37,282 bases of DNA, from positions 1 to 37,282 of the forward strand of contig CAZORT010000001.1 of the NCBI GenBank assembly GCA_964582575.1. Direction: 5' to 3'. Positions 7,566 to 17,429 of this stretch are shown here, piece after piece (position 1 is the stretch's first letter; the number at the start of each line of letters is the position of its first letter). The DNA is from an uncultured Thermotogae bacterium. GTDB lineage: Bacteria > Bipolaricaulota > Bipolaricaulia > UBA7950. A program made the translations under genes and the position numbers. Under the pieces are notes generated by a model that did not search any database, was not told the origin of the DNA, and saw nothing but the letters and a program-made list of their open reading frames with translations.

Positions 7566-8684
7566 ATGGATAAAAGTGCCCGTTATTACTTAGTTGGAAT
7601 TAATATGATTCCTGAGCTTACTCCCCACAGGAAACGTATATTACGTGCTTATTGCTCCTCTCCAGTGGAGATTTGGCATCTCTCTTTGCAGGAGATGTCT
7701 ACGATAGCTGGTATTGCCGAAGTTGCGCCGCAGATCATTGCCGCACGACAGGCAATATCAATCGATAAAGAGTTTGAGCAAGCTGCACAGATGAAAATTA
7801 GGATTGTAACTATCCTTGACCCAAATTATCCGCAGCTGTTACGTGAGATCAACGATCCCCCGCCTGTCCTTTACATCAAAGGGGAATATACCAAACAAGA
7901 TGCAGTGGCAATCAGTATTGTTGGAACGCGTCGCGCTAGTCAATACGGACGAATGATCGCAACTACACTAGCAAAGGAGATATCACAACTAGGACTGACA
8001 GTAGTCAGTGGATTGGCAATGGGGATTGATACAGCAGCTCATCAGGGCGCATTACAGGTTGGCGGACGGACGATAGCAGTCCTCGGTTCTGGATTGCCAA
8101 ACATTTATCCGGCAATGCACCGACAGTTGGCAGAGAAGATATCTGATTCTGGCTTGCTGCTTAGCGAGTTTCCGCTCCACTGCCAACCATCTAAATGGTC
8201 ATTCCCGCAGCGGAATCGAATTATCAGTGGATTAGCACGTGGTGTAGTAGTAGTAGAAGCTCCGCTGCGCAGCGGAGCTCTGATCACTGCCCGGCTTGCA
8301 TTAGAACAGGGACGAGAAGTCTTTGCTGTACCGGGAAACATAACGAATACTGGCAGCGCCGGTCCGAACCGTCTCATCAAAGATGGAGCAAAGTTAATTG
8401 AAACCGTTACTGATATCATTGATGAGTTTCCTGATCTTAAACATTTGATCGCACCGCAGAGAACTGATATGAATCTTGCGAAAGTCTTTCTCAGCATCCA
8501 AGAAAATACCGTTTATAAATTGTTAGGATTGGAACCGCTGCACATTGATGATATCATTAACCAGTGTAATCTCTCGCTTGCTGAGATATCGCAAGCATTG
8601 CTCACGCTTCAGATGCAAGGATTAGTAAAAGAGATAGACGGAAAACGTTATACGCGTGGTTTATCGAATTTTAATGCCACATAG
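7566..8684 (+). CDS. dprA: DNA processing protein DprA (Smf)
   Basis: VGTRRASQYG, GLAMGIDTAAHQGAL and FPQRNRIISGL Rossmann-like DprA motifs plus a C-terminal winged-helix-like tail. An alternative start exists at 7605. Confidence 0.9.
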   Translation: MDKSARYYLVGINMIPELTPHRKRILRAYCSSPVEIWHLSLQEMSTIAGIAEVAPQIIAARQAISIDKEFEQAAQMKIRIVTILDPNYPQLLREINDPPPVLYIKGEYTKQDAVAISIVGTRRASQYGRMIATTLAKEISQLGLTVVSGLAMGIDTAAHQGALQVGGRTIAVLGSGLPNIYPAMHRQLAEKISDSGLLLSEFPLHCQPSKWSFPQRNRIISGLARGVVVVEAPLRSGALITARLALEQGREVFAVPGNITNTGSAGPNRLIKDGAKLIETVTDIIDEFPDLKHLIAPQRTDMNLAKVFLSIQENTVYKLLGLEPLHIDDIINQCNLSLAEISQALLTLQMQGLVKEIDGKRYTRGLSNFNAT

Positions 8685-8761
8685 ATTAATAAAAACATCA
8701 AGCAGTGAAGGAGAATATCTACTTATTTCTTTTTAAAGAGGCTTAAGCAATAAATAAAATT

Positions 8762-9214
8762 ATGACAAATAAAGAACGAACATTGATCTTGCTAAAACCC
8801 GATACTGTGCAGCGTGGATTGATCGGTAAAATCATCACCCGCTTTGAAGAGAAGGGATTGAAAATCGTCGCGCTGAAGATGATTGCCGTTGATCAAGAGT
8901 TAGCCCGATCTCATTATGTCGAACATTTAGAAAAACCTTTTTTTTCAGAGCTGTTGCAATTTATCACGGCAGCACCTGTAGTGGCAATGGCGCTGGAAGG
9001 AGAGCAGGCAGTAGCAGTAGCTCGCACTTTGATGGGAGCAACCAACCCGTTTAATGCTCAGCCAGGAACAATTCGTGGTGATTTTGGATTGAATCTGACA
9101 AAGAATATTATCCATGGATCTGATTCTCTCCAATCTGCAGCACGTGAATTGGAAACTTTCTTTGGAGATCAGTTGCTTGATTACGATCTCTCTTTGGACG
9201 AATGGGTACAATAA
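8762..9214 (+). CDS. ndk: Nucleoside diphosphate kinase
   Basis: ERTLILLKPDTVQRGLIGKIITRFEEKGLKIVALKM and the active-site NIIHGSDS. Confidence 0.95.
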   Translation: MTNKERTLILLKPDTVQRGLIGKIITRFEEKGLKIVALKMIAVDQELARSHYVEHLEKPFFSELLQFITAAPVVAMALEGEQAVAVARTLMGATNPFNAQPGTIRGDFGLNLTKNIIHGSDSLQSAARELETFFGDQLLDYDLSLDEWVQ

Positions 9215-9240
9215 AATTATCCTGCCAATAGCGGAGAACT

Positions 9241-9576
9241 ATGAAGCTTAGTAAAGAATTTATTCAGATCACTTTGACTGTCCCGACAGAAGAACTGGCA
9301 ACGGAGATATTTACCCAGTTGCTCGAAAAACGATTAGCTGGCTGCGCTCAGCTAATCGGCCCGATAGTAAGCACCTATCGATGGCAAGGTGAGATCGAAA
9401 CTGCCAATGAGTGGCTATGTCTGATTAAAAGCTGCATTGATCAATATGAAGAACTTGAGCAAGTGATCAAAACGATACACCCTTATGAGACGCCTGAGAT
9501 TATAGTCTTCCCGATCATTTCTGGAAGCACAGATTATTTCAAATGGCTCAATCAAACACTAAACAAAGATAAATAG
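9241..9576 (+). CDS. cutA: Divalent-cation tolerance protein CutA
   Basis: CAQLIGPIVSTYRWQGEIETANEWLCLIKS and HPYETPEI motifs, 111 aa, GGAGAA RBS. Confidence 0.88.
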   Translation: MKLSKEFIQITLTVPTEELATEIFTQLLEKRLAGCAQLIGPIVSTYRWQGEIETANEWLCLIKSCIDQYEELEQVIKTIHPYETPEIIVFPIISGSTDYFKWLNQTLNKDK

Positions 9577-9611
9577 ATAAGCCGGCGGTAATTATCGCAC
9601 CGCTGGCTTAT
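9577..9611. terminator. Hairpin between convergent cutA and holB (possible bidirectional terminator)
   Basis: ataagccggcggt / loop aattatcgc / accgctggcttat gives a 13-bp stem with one G:U. The T-run (9629-9634) is not immediately adjacent, so intrinsic-terminator status is uncertain. Confidence 0.4.
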
Positions 9612-9653
9612 CGCGCATACTAAACTAATTTTTTGTTCGATAAGATCTTCTAC

Positions 9654-10739
9654 TCAATTGTCGCATAATTCTCCAAGTTTAATCAGCGACGCAAGAAGAA
9701 TTCCTTCCACACTTACATTGCTCCCGATTGCTCGCCATAATTCTGTCAACGCGCGCATCGTTTCAATCAGTGCTGCCAGCTGAATGCGACTTACAAATTT
9801 CTTCAGTTCAACCTCTTCTTCCGCATCACTAACTGAAAGAGAGAGCTTGCATCGCAAAAGCTCTCGACACCAGTAAAGTAAGTTACGCAAAAAATATCCC
9901 GCTGCTTCCCGTCCTTCTTTTGCTAAGATCGGTACCGCTGTCACAATAGGAACTTTTTCACCTTGAACTATCCGCTCGATAAGAGCTATCATTGCTTCAT
10001 GTCTTTCTATTGCGGTTATAATACAAGTATTACTTAAATCTGCCGCGATAATTGCCGCGGCAAGATCACGCGGAATACTATTGATTGCTTTTTCCCGTGC
10101 CGCTCTGCGCAATTCTCTGACATCCTGATGCTGGGCAAGGAGGGTGGAGAGCAATTCCTTCTTTCCTTGTATAATCGGTGCAAGATAGCACGCATCTGAG
10201 TGAGTATAGCCAGCAGTGATAAGTTGCGTTTTATCAGCTTTGGCAGACGATATTTGCTGATCATTACTGGGCAGTGCTCGCAACACTTGCGAGCGAGAGA
10301 CAATTGTCGGTAAAAGATCAGAGATACCTGTGGTACAGAGCAGAAAGACAAGATAACTCGGTGGTTCTTCTAATATCTTAAGTAGCCGATTCGCTGCTTG
10401 CAAGCTCATCTCTTCCGCTCGCTCAATAAGACAAACCCTTCGTTCTCCTTGAACAGGAGCAAACTGAGCGGTACGAATCATCTCTCCTATCTGATCTCGG
10501 CCAACTTTTGCTCTGCCCTGCAGGACTGCAAGCTCGATCAAATCAGGATGACTTCCCCGTAGAACGCTATCTCTCCCTTCTCCCGCAGGAGAGATTAAAG
10601 CGGCAGCGACTCTTCTGCTGATTGCAAGCCGATCATAATCAAACGGTAAGAGCAAAATATAAGCAGCAGCAACAGAATTTGCCGAAATTATCTGGTTAAT
10701 CGCTTCAACTAAGCTGGACATCTTTCCGAGGCGAATCAC
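9654..10739 (-). CDS. holB: DNA polymerase III delta-prime subunit-like clamp-loader protein
   Basis: RVCLIERAEEMSLQAANRLLKILEEPPSYLVFLLCTT...LLPTIVSRSQV matches the AAA+ sensor region / SRC-type motif of delta-prime. The Walker A motif is degenerate, as is common for delta-prime. The GTG start is uncertain (alternative ATG at 10721). Confidence 0.7.
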   Translation of the reverse strand: MIRLGKMSSLVEAINQIISANSVAAAYILLLPFDYDRLAISRRVAAALISPAGEGRDSVLRGSHPDLIELAVLQGRAKVGRDQIGEMIRTAQFAPVQGERRVCLIERAEEMSLQAANRLLKILEEPPSYLVFLLCTTGISDLLPTIVSRSQVLRALPSNDQQISSAKADKTQLITAGYTHSDACYLAPIIQGKKELLSTLLAQHQDVRELRRAAREKAINSIPRDLAAAIIAADLSNTCIITAIERHEAMIALIERIVQGEKVPIVTAVPILAKEGREAAGYFLRNLLYWCRELLRCKLSLSVSDAEEEVELKKFVSRIQLAALIETMRALTELWRAIGSNVSVEGILLASLIKLGELCDN

Positions 10740-10777
10740 TCTGCAGTACTTAATTCACCCAATGAACGGACTCGTTT

Positions 10778-11128
10778 TCAGACCAGCAGTATTCGCACCA
10801 TTTCCGCACCGTCCCCTTTACGCGGCCCTAATTTCAATAACCGTGTATATCCGCCCGGTCGATCTTTATAGCGCGGTCCTATTTCGGTGAATAATTTATC
10901 GACCACTTCTTTATCCTGAAATTTGGAGAAGACTATCCGACGTGCGTGGAGGTCGCCGCGTCGGCCAAGGGTAATCATCTTTTCTGTATACGGTTGCGCT
11001 GCTTTACCACAAGCAAATGTCGTATCAACTTTTTCATACTTAATAAGCGCTTTTGCTAAGTTTGTCAGCACACTCTTGCGATGGCTTCTTTTCATACTTA
11101 ATTTCGGGATATTTAGCCTATGCCTCAC
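10778..11128 (-). CDS. rplQ: 50S ribosomal protein L17
   Basis: MRHR...SHRKSVLTNLA...GDLHARR...GGYTRLLKLGPRKGDGAEM. GTG start 5 nt after AAGGAGA. Follows rpoA. Confidence 0.95.
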   Translation of the reverse strand: MRHRLNIPKLSMKRSHRKSVLTNLAKALIKYEKVDTTFACGKAAQPYTEKMITLGRRGDLHARRIVFSKFQDKEVVDKLFTEIGPRYKDRPGGYTRLLKLGPRKGDGAEMVRILLV

Positions 11129-11152
11129 TGTCGTCTCCTTCTTTTATTTTCA

Positions 11153-12085
11153 TTACATATCATAATCAGCCAATATCTTCTGAATTTTAGCCAAAGTCTT
11201 CGGTCCCAATCCATGAATATCATTGAGTGTTTCCTCAGAACGAGCACGCAGCTCACCTACAGTTGTGATCTCTGCCTCTAGCAGTAAATTAAGCGTCCGT
11301 GCATCAAAACCTAATTCGCTTATCGGCACTGCAAGCGATTGATCAATAAAGATTTCTTCTTTAACAGGCACTTCGGTCTTTTCTATTCGCAGCGGATGTT
11401 TAGCAAATTTTTCCAACATATTAAAATGTATTTGTAAAATATGAGCTGCTTCGTTTATTGCCTCTTCCGGTCTTATCCCCCCGTCGGTCGTTAGATCAAG
11501 CAGTAATCGCTCATAGCCGGTTCTCCCTCCTACACGCATCTCCTCTATTTGAAAATTCACTTGTTTAACTGGAGAAAAATCAGAATCAACTGGGATCAAT
11601 GAGCGGGGAGAATCCTCCAGACGATTCAACTCTGCTGCACGATAACCATATCCAGCTTCAATTTCCAGTTCCATCTTCAGCTGCCCTTCTGTGTTAATCG
11701 TGGCAATGTGTAAATCATTACTGATAATTTGTACATTTTCATTCGGTTCAATATCAGCTGCTGTTATTTGACAGGGTCCTTTCTTGTCAATATAAAGACG
11801 TTCGATATTGCCACTTAATATACGAAGTGCAAGCTCCTTGATATTAAGAATAATTTCAAGAACTGTCTCGCGAACTCCGGTGATCGTGTCATACTCATGG
11901 TATTTCCCATCAAATGCAACGCGTACTACTGCTGTTCCGGGAATTGAAGATAACAGGACCCGTCGCAGTGCATTGCCGATTGTCGTCCCATATCCTCTTT
12001 CTAGTGGCTCCATAACAAACTTTCCGTATCGATCAGTCATTGCATCTATTACATATACGCTATCAGGTAAAATAAAATCGGTCAT
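11153..12085 (-). CDS. rpoA: DNA-directed RNA polymerase alpha subunit
   Basis: GYGTTIGNALRRVLLSSIPGTAV N-terminal domain motif and a C-terminal HhH domain (ELGFDARTLNLL..ITTVGEL). The ATG at 12085 follows AGGAGTGA, and the 19 upstream codons of the track ORF are unlikely to be coding. Confidence 0.95.
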   Translation of the reverse strand: MTDFILPDSVYVIDAMTDRYGKFVMEPLERGYGTTIGNALRRVLLSSIPGTAVVRVAFDGKYHEYDTITGVRETVLEIILNIKELALRILSGNIERLYIDKKGPCQITAADIEPNENVQIISNDLHIATINTEGQLKMELEIEAGYGYRAAELNRLEDSPRSLIPVDSDFSPVKQVNFQIEEMRVGGRTGYERLLLDLTTDGGIRPEEAINEAAHILQIHFNMLEKFAKHPLRIEKTEVPVKEEIFIDQSLAVPISELGFDARTLNLLLEAEITTVGELRARSEETLNDIHGLGPKTLAKIQKILADYDM

Positions 12086-12213
12086 TCCAGTCACTCCTAA
12101 CGTAAATAAAACTTTATAGTCCGACCAAAGAGAATAGCACAATTAACATCTCCTGTGCCAGGACGATCAGCAGCATAAATTTTCATCCTTAATCTCTTCC
12201 CATCTATCTTTCC

Positions 12214-12546
12214 TTAGCTATGTGATATCGGCGTAACGTTCTTTATTTCGTCAACTCGAATACCAGATCCTTTAATGGTCTGGATAACCGCTTGTCGACC
12301 TGGGCCGGTCCCTTTGACCAGCACCGATAGGGATCTGATCCCATACTCTCTCATTTCACGTATCAGCGCTTCAGTAGCCATCTGTGCTGCGTAAGGCGTT
12401 CCTTTACGTGATCCTTTATATCCGACTACTCCAGTACTCTTCCATGTAATTGGATTTCCATTTAAATCAGTTAGCGTAATAATCGTATTATTGAAAGTAG
12501 CATGTATATGGATTTGCGCTCTATCAATCTTTATATTTTTTGCCAT
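12214..12546 (-). CDS. rpsK: 30S ribosomal protein S11 (lacks the conserved C-terminal tail)
   Basis: AQIHIHATFNNTIITLTD, GSRKGTPYAAQ and VLVKGTGPGR motifs, starting at ATG 12546 (MAKNIK). It ends NVTPISHS*, whereas S11 normally continues PHNGCRPPK+RRV. Confidence 0.9.
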   Translation of the reverse strand: MAKNIKIDRAQIHIHATFNNTIITLTDLNGNPITWKSTGVVGYKGSRKGTPYAAQMATEALIREMREYGIRSLSVLVKGTGPGRQAVIQTIKGSGIRVDEIKNVTPISHS

Positions 12547-12548
12547 TA

Positions 12549-12914
12549 CTATTTCTTCTTCCCTGCCTTGGCCGGACGCGGACCTTTCCACGTTCGCGCA
12601 TTAGCTCGCGTACGCTGACCACGCACTGGTAGTCGTAATTTATGCCGGATTCCACGATAGCAATTGATCGCTTTTAAACGACCAATATCGGAGTGAGCCT
12701 TACGGCGTAAATCTCCTTCTACTATGTATTTATCCACTGCTTGCTGCAAACCAGCGATCTCTTTTTCCGTCAGATCCTTTACGCGCAGATCAGGTGATAT
12801 GTTTGTCTTTTGTAATATCTCCTTAGCAATGAATTTCCCAACTCCGTATATATAAGTAATCCCTACCTCAATTCGCTTATGTTTTGGTAAATCGACTCCG
12901 GCTATTCTTGCCAT
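12549..12914 (-). CDS. rpsM: 30S ribosomal protein S13
   Basis: [26 protein letters not shown]...[26 protein letters not shown]. Confidence 0.96.
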   Translation of the reverse strand: MARIAGVDLPKHKRIEVGITYIYGVGKFIAKEILQKTNISPDLRVKDLTEKEIAGLQQAVDKYIVEGDLRRKAHSDIGRLKAINCYRGIRHKLRLPVRGQRTRANARTWKGPRPAKAGKKK

Positions 12915-12963
12915 CTTAGTCCTCCCACTCTTAAATCGGTGACCTAACGCTTAGGTCGTTTTA

Positions 12964-13077
12964 TTATCCCTGCCGTTGTTTATGTTTCGGATTGCGGCAG
13001 ATAACTCTCACTCTCCCATCCCTGTGGATGATCTTACATTTAGCACAAATTTTCTTTACTGAACTTCTAACTTTCAT
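12964..13077 (-). CDS. rpmJ: 50S ribosomal protein L36 (zinc-binding form)
   Basis: Not in the ORF track because it is under 60 aa. Hand translation gives [37 protein letters not shown], the canonical L36 with C..C...C....H, in the expected infA-rpmJ-rpsM position. Confidence 0.93.
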   Translation of the reverse strand: MKVRSSVKKICAKCKIIHRDGRVRVICRNPKHKQRQG

Positions 13078-13119
13078 AATCACCAATTGCAAACCAGTGG
13101 TAATGAGCACTGAATATAC

Positions 13120-13359
13120 TCATTTATCCCGATAGGTAATCCGTCCTTTAGTCAAGTCGTAAGGAGAGAATTCAACGGCGACGCGATCCCCTGTTAAAAT
13201 ACGGATATAGTTCTTCCGGATACGACCTGATATATGACAGAGAACGATATGCTCATTTTCCAATTTCACTCTAAACATTGAATTGGATAGGCTCTCAATG
13301 ACTTCTCCCCGTAGTCGGATAACGTCTGTCTTCTTTCTCTCACCTCCTCTCTTTGCCAC
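13120..13359 (-). CDS. infA: Translation initiation factor IF-1
   Basis: S1-like fold sequence [68 protein letters not shown] start, with about a 10-aa basic N-terminal extension. Confidence 0.93.
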   Translation of the reverse strand: MAKRGGERKKTDVIRLRGEVIESLSNSMFRVKLENEHIVLCHISGRIRKNYIRILTGDRVAVEFSPYDLTKGRITYRDK

Positions 13360-13388
13360 AGCCTGCTAAAAACCTCCTCATTTTATAT

Positions 13389-14171
13389 TCACGCATTTAT
13401 GCTCCTGTCATTTGGAAGTAACTCAATCTCTGTTAACACATCTGCACCATTCTCTGTCACCGCAACCATATGCTCGTAATGAGCAGAAAGACCTCCTGAC
13501 GCGGTAACTACAGTCCATCCATCTGCCAGCACTCTCGTTGGTAGCGAATCAACCTTAACCATCGGTTCAAGTGCTAAGACCATCCCCAAAGATAACATTA
13601 CCCCTTCTTTTGGAGCACCATAGTTAGGTATCGCAGGGTCTTCGTGTAATTCTCGTCCAATGCCATGGCCGACATACTCTTTAACAGGGAAAAAACCTGC
13701 TTCTTCAATACAGCGACCGATCGCATGCGAGATATCAGATACCTGATTCCCTATTTTAACCTGATTAATCCCTTGAAGCAAGGCGGCTTGTGTCGTCGAT
13801 ATTAATTTTCTTGCTTGCAGTGATACTTCTCCTACCGGAACTGTAACCGCCATATCTGCATAGAGGCTGTTCCGGAAGAGACCGATATCGATCGAGATAA
13901 TATCTCCGTCTTGGAGCACCCGCTTTGAAGAAGGAATTCCATGGACAATCTCTTCGTTAATCGAAGCACATATTGTCGCTGGAAACCCACGATATCCATT
14001 GAATGCTGCTATTGCACCTTCTTCTCTGATCAACTCAGCTGCAATACTATCTAAATCTGCTGTTGTTACTCCAGGCTTGATATTGCTCCGCAGTACTTTG
14101 ACTATCCTTGCTAAGACAGTGCCGTTCTCGCGCATGAGAGCCAACTCAGTCTTTGTCTTTAGCGCAATCAT
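13389..14171 (-). CDS. map: Methionine aminopeptidase, type I
   Basis: Pita-bread fold with the expected metal ligands in context (DGDIISIDIG, VGHGIGRELHE, LEPM, YEH). Confidence 0.93.
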   Translation of the reverse strand: MIALKTKTELALMRENGTVLARIVKVLRSNIKPGVTTADLDSIAAELIREEGAIAAFNGYRGFPATICASINEEIVHGIPSSKRVLQDGDIISIDIGLFRNSLYADMAVTVPVGEVSLQARKLISTTQAALLQGINQVKIGNQVSDISHAIGRCIEEAGFFPVKEYVGHGIGRELHEDPAIPNYGAPKEGVMLSLGMVLALEPMVKVDSLPTRVLADGWTVVTASGGLSAHYEHMVAVTENGADVLTEIELLPNDRSINA

Positions 14172-14812
14172 TGGGTAATGATTCTCATAATCTGAGCAAA
14201 GATATCTTCGCGGAGAGCTGCGCCTTCCACCTCAACTAATATTCCTCGCTCGCGATAGAATTCAATTAACGGACGGGTAGCTGCCATATAGATATCAAAC
14301 CGATTTTCAATCACCGTTGGCGTATCATCGTTACGCTGCACAAGTTTTATGCCGCACTGATCACACAATCCCTGACCATTATTCGCCGGTGGCTTAAACC
14401 GTAAGTTATAAATCATCCCGCACTCAGTGCAAGTACGACGTGCAGAGAGGCGCGCAATAACCTCTTCCCGCGATAAAGCAATATCAACCGCAAAATCAAG
14501 CGGTCTGATCTCCTCCAACGCCTCAGCTTGTGTCATCGTACGGGGGAAACCGTCTAAAATAAACCCATCCTGCTCTCTGATCCGTTCCGTAACCATCTTA
14601 ATAATCAGATCATCAGGCAGCAGCTCCCCGTTCTCCATATACTCTTTCGCTCCCTGCCCCAGCTCGCTTCCACGCGCTAACTCATCACGGAGAATATCAC
14701 CGGTCGATAGATGCAACAGACCGGTATTTTCGGCAATCAACTTTGCTTGTGTCCCCTTCCCTGCTCCTGGAGGACCAAGAATAGTCAGCGCAATTCGGCT
14801 TAACTTTCTCAT
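14168..14812 (-). CDS. adk: Adenylate kinase (zinc-lid type)
   Basis: P-loop GPPGAGKGTQA, ILDGFPRT and a lid with CTECGMIYN...CDQCG. The start overlaps the secY stop. Confidence 0.95.
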   Translation of the reverse strand: MRKLSRIALTILGPPGAGKGTQAKLIAENTGLLHLSTGDILRDELARGSELGQGAKEYMENGELLPDDLIIKMVTERIREQDGFILDGFPRTMTQAEALEEIRPLDFAVDIALSREEVIARLSARRTCTECGMIYNLRFKPPANNGQGLCDQCGIKLVQRNDDTPTVIENRFDIYMAATRPLIEFYRERGILVEVEGAALREDIFAQIMRIITQ

Positions 14813-16092
14813 TACTGACTTCTCCTTCCAAGGAGAGCGCCACCCTTTGTAATGCTCTCATAGTGACGCATCGTCAGATGAGCTTCAATCTGCATCAGGG
14901 TGTCAAGTCCAACTCCTACGACAATCAGAAGTCCTATTCCCCCCACCAGAAAACCTCTGATCCCACTGATGTCAGCAAAGATGAACGGAAAGACAGATAT
15001 TACGGCAAGGAACAATGCGCCAACTACGAGTATCCGACTGAGAATAGCAGCAATGTGAGTTGCAGTGGGATTTCCCGGTCGTACTCCAGGGATAAACCCA
15101 CCTGACTCGCGGATGTTCTTCGCCACATCATTGGGATCAAAAGTTATCGAGCTATAAAAATATGTAAAGAAGAAGATCATCAATACAAATACAATCAGAT
15201 AAGAAATACTTCCCATCTCAACGTATGGAGATAACCATTCCAGAGCAGGAACAAATTGTATCATTGTTACTGGGATGGAGAGGAGCGCTGAAGCAAAGAT
15301 AACCGGAATAACCCCTCCCTGATTCACCCTGATCGGTAGATGGGAAGAATGACCACCATAGATCCGGCGACCTGAAGTCCGCTTAGCATACTGGATCATA
15401 ATCTTCCGCCGTCCCTGCTGTACTATTACTACTCCAGCTATCAGTGCAACCATAACTACCAGCATTACAATCGCCCAAAGGACATGCACTCCTCCCAGAA
15501 TAACCTCAGTATAAACAGTGTAGAGCTGCCGCGGAAACTCGGCAATGATCCCAATCATGATCAACATTGAGATTCCATTACCGATACCATTTTCAGTAAT
15601 ACGTTCCCCAATCCACATCAACAACATTGTCCCAGTAGTAAGGGTCAGAATTGAAGTCAGATAGAACCATAGGGTAGGTGCAGCAAGCCCTTGTCCAACG
15701 ACGAGGGCGCATATTCCGATCGATTGCACAACTGCCAATCCCAATGTCCCATAGCGGGTATACTTATTTATCCGGCGCTGTCCTTCACGTCCTTGTTGCT
15801 GCATCTCCTTTAATTTGGGAATGATCGGCACAAGGAGGCTCATTATAATCGATGCATTAATATATGGACCAACTCCAAGTGCAAAGAGCGAGAAACGGCC
15901 TAACGCTCCGCCAACAAACATGTCAAGAAAACCAAAAATTCCTTCGGCAAAGAACGCACGTAACCCTTCTGTATCGACGCCGGGGAGAGCAATATGTGTT
16001 CCAATACGAAAGACAATTAAGACTCCAAACGTAAACACAATCCGTTTACGTAACTCTGGAATTCTAAATATCTGGACAAAATTATCCCACAT
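14812..16092 (-). CDS. secY: Preprotein translocase subunit SecY
   Basis: 10-TM protein, IPELRKRIVFTFGVLIVFRIGTHIALPGVD N-terminus, in the expected position after rplO. Its ATG overlaps the rplO stop (TAATG). Confidence 0.96.
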   Translation of the reverse strand: MWDNFVQIFRIPELRKRIVFTFGVLIVFRIGTHIALPGVDTEGLRAFFAEGIFGFLDMFVGGALGRFSLFALGVGPYINASIIMSLLVPIIPKLKEMQQQGREGQRRINKYTRYGTLGLAVVQSIGICALVVGQGLAAPTLWFYLTSILTLTTGTMLLMWIGERITENGIGNGISMLIMIGIIAEFPRQLYTVYTEVILGGVHVLWAIVMLVVMVALIAGVVIVQQGRRKIMIQYAKRTSGRRIYGGHSSHLPIRVNQGGVIPVIFASALLSIPVTMIQFVPALEWLSPYVEMGSISYLIVFVLMIFFFTYFYSSITFDPNDVAKNIRESGGFIPGVRPGNPTATHIAAILSRILVVGALFLAVISVFPFIFADISGIRGFLVGGIGLLIVVGVGLDTLMQIEAHLTMRHYESITKGGALLGRRSQ

Positions 16093-16538
16093 TATCTAAT
16101 AACCTCCACTTTGCCGCCTGCCTGCTCAATCTTAGCTTGTGCACTTTTCGTAACCCGATTTGCTTTGATAATAAACGGCTTGGCAAGTTCCCCCCTCCCT
16201 AAAATTTTCAGTCTTCCAGTTGATTGGCGAACTATTCCCAGCTCACAGAGTCGCTCTAATGTAATCTCCGCTCCACTATTAAATCGTTCTGCCAGAATAT
16301 CAATGTTAACGATTGAATATTCTGTGCGCGTACAGTTATGGAACCCTCGTTTTGGAAACCGTCTCCACAGCGGAGTTTGCCCGCCTTCATATCCAGGGCG
16401 TGTGCCGCCACCACTGCGTGCATTCTGCCCCTTGGTGCCTCTGCCACTTGATCCGCCATGACCAGAGCCATATCCACGACCAAGCCGTTTCCGTCGTTTA
16501 ACACTCCCTGCTGTTGGATGCAGATCTTTAAGTTCCAT
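16092..16538 (-). CDS. rplO: 50S ribosomal protein L15
   Basis: [44 protein letters not shown]. The ATG at 16538 (GGAGA 5 nt upstream) is preferred over 16550. Confidence 0.94.
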   Translation of the reverse strand: MELKDLHPTAGSVKRRKRLGRGYGSGHGGSSGRGTKGQNARSGGGTRPGYEGGQTPLWRRFPKRGFHNCTRTEYSIVNIDILAERFNSGAEITLERLCELGIVRQSTGRLKILGRGELAKPFIIKANRVTKSAQAKIEQAGGKVEVIR

Positions 16539-17055
16539 CTTTTTCTCCATCTGGTACTATTGTGACTTCAGCTTTAGCGTTAGCAGTAAGTTTTTTATCG
16601 CGTAAATTTCCAATCTCTTCCGCTGTGCGTAATTTTGCTAATCCCTCAATCGTTGCTTGCGCCAAATTGATCGGAGTATTGGGTCCCAATGATTTTGTCA
16701 CAATATCTTTTATTCCGGCCAGCTGACAGATCCTTCCGACTGTTATCCCGGCAATGATCCCTGACCCTGGATGGGCTGGCTTAAGCATTACAGTCGCTGC
16801 CTTAAACTTACCTTCGATTTGATGCGGTATCGTTCCATTGACAATGGCAACATCAATCATCTTCCTTTTGGCGCTGCGGGTTGCTTGTTCAATTGCGCGG
16901 GGGATATCGATCGTTTTACCTGTACCGATACCAACTTTGCCTTTTTGGTCGCCAACTGCCATCATGACACGGAACTTCATCGACCGGCCTCCTTTGGTAA
17001 CCTTACTCACCCTGCTGATGTTAATAATTTCACTTATATATTCATCTTCTTTCAA
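16528..17055 (-). CDS. rpsE: 30S ribosomal protein S5
   Basis: [35 protein letters not shown] and GSGIIAG motifs. The track ORF starts at GTG 17079. The TTG at 17055 lies 9 nt after AAGAGGAGG and overlaps the rplR stop (TTGA), so it is preferred. An 18-aa C-terminal extension overlaps rplO. Confidence 0.92.
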   Translation of the reverse strand: MKEDEYISEIINISRVSKVTKGGRSMKFRVMMAVGDQKGKVGIGTGKTIDIPRAIEQATRSAKRKMIDVAIVNGTIPHQIEGKFKAATVMLKPAHPGSGIIAGITVGRICQLAGIKDIVTKSLGPNTPINLAQATIEGLAKLRTAEEIGNLRDKKLTANAKAEVTIVPDGEKDGT

Positions 17056-17414
17056 AAGAGCAGTCCTCCTCTTCGGCACGCCTCGGCGAGCGCTTTTATT
17101 TTACCATGGTACCGATAACCACCGCGATCGAAGATCACGGTCGTTATTTGTGATGCCACAGCACGTCGCGCCAAAAGTTCGCCGACTTTTTCTGCAGCAT
17201 TGCAATTACACCCGTTAATATCATCTTGAAGTTCTTTGGTAAGAGTAGAGACTGAAACTAATGTTTTACCGGTATCATCATCAATCAGTTGAGCATAAAT
17301 ATGCTTTAAGCTGCGAAAGACACAAATACGTGGACGTTGCGCTGTGCCATGTATTCGTTTACGTATACGTTCATGACGACGCTTCCGCCCTTTTTCCTTA
17401 TCTAATTGAGCCAT
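17052..17414 (-). CDS. rplR: 50S ribosomal protein L18
   Basis: [34 protein letters not shown]...[24 protein letters not shown]. Confidence 0.95.
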   Translation of the reverse strand: MAQLDKEKGRKRRHERIRKRIHGTAQRPRICVFRSLKHIYAQLIDDDTGKTLVSVSTLTKELQDDINGCNCNAAEKVGELLARRAVASQITTVIFDRGGYRYHGKIKALAEACRRGGLLF

Positions 17415-17429
17415 AACAATTCTTCTCCT

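Noticed and set aside
12100-12190. Small ORF MKIYAADRPGTGDVNCAILFGRTIKFYLR in the rpsK-rpoA spacer, considered as a remnant of rpsD or a new small protein.
   Set aside because: It has no similarity to the S4 N-terminus (MARY.GP..R..RR), and the SD-like AAGG abuts the ATG with no spacing. It is most likely non-coding.
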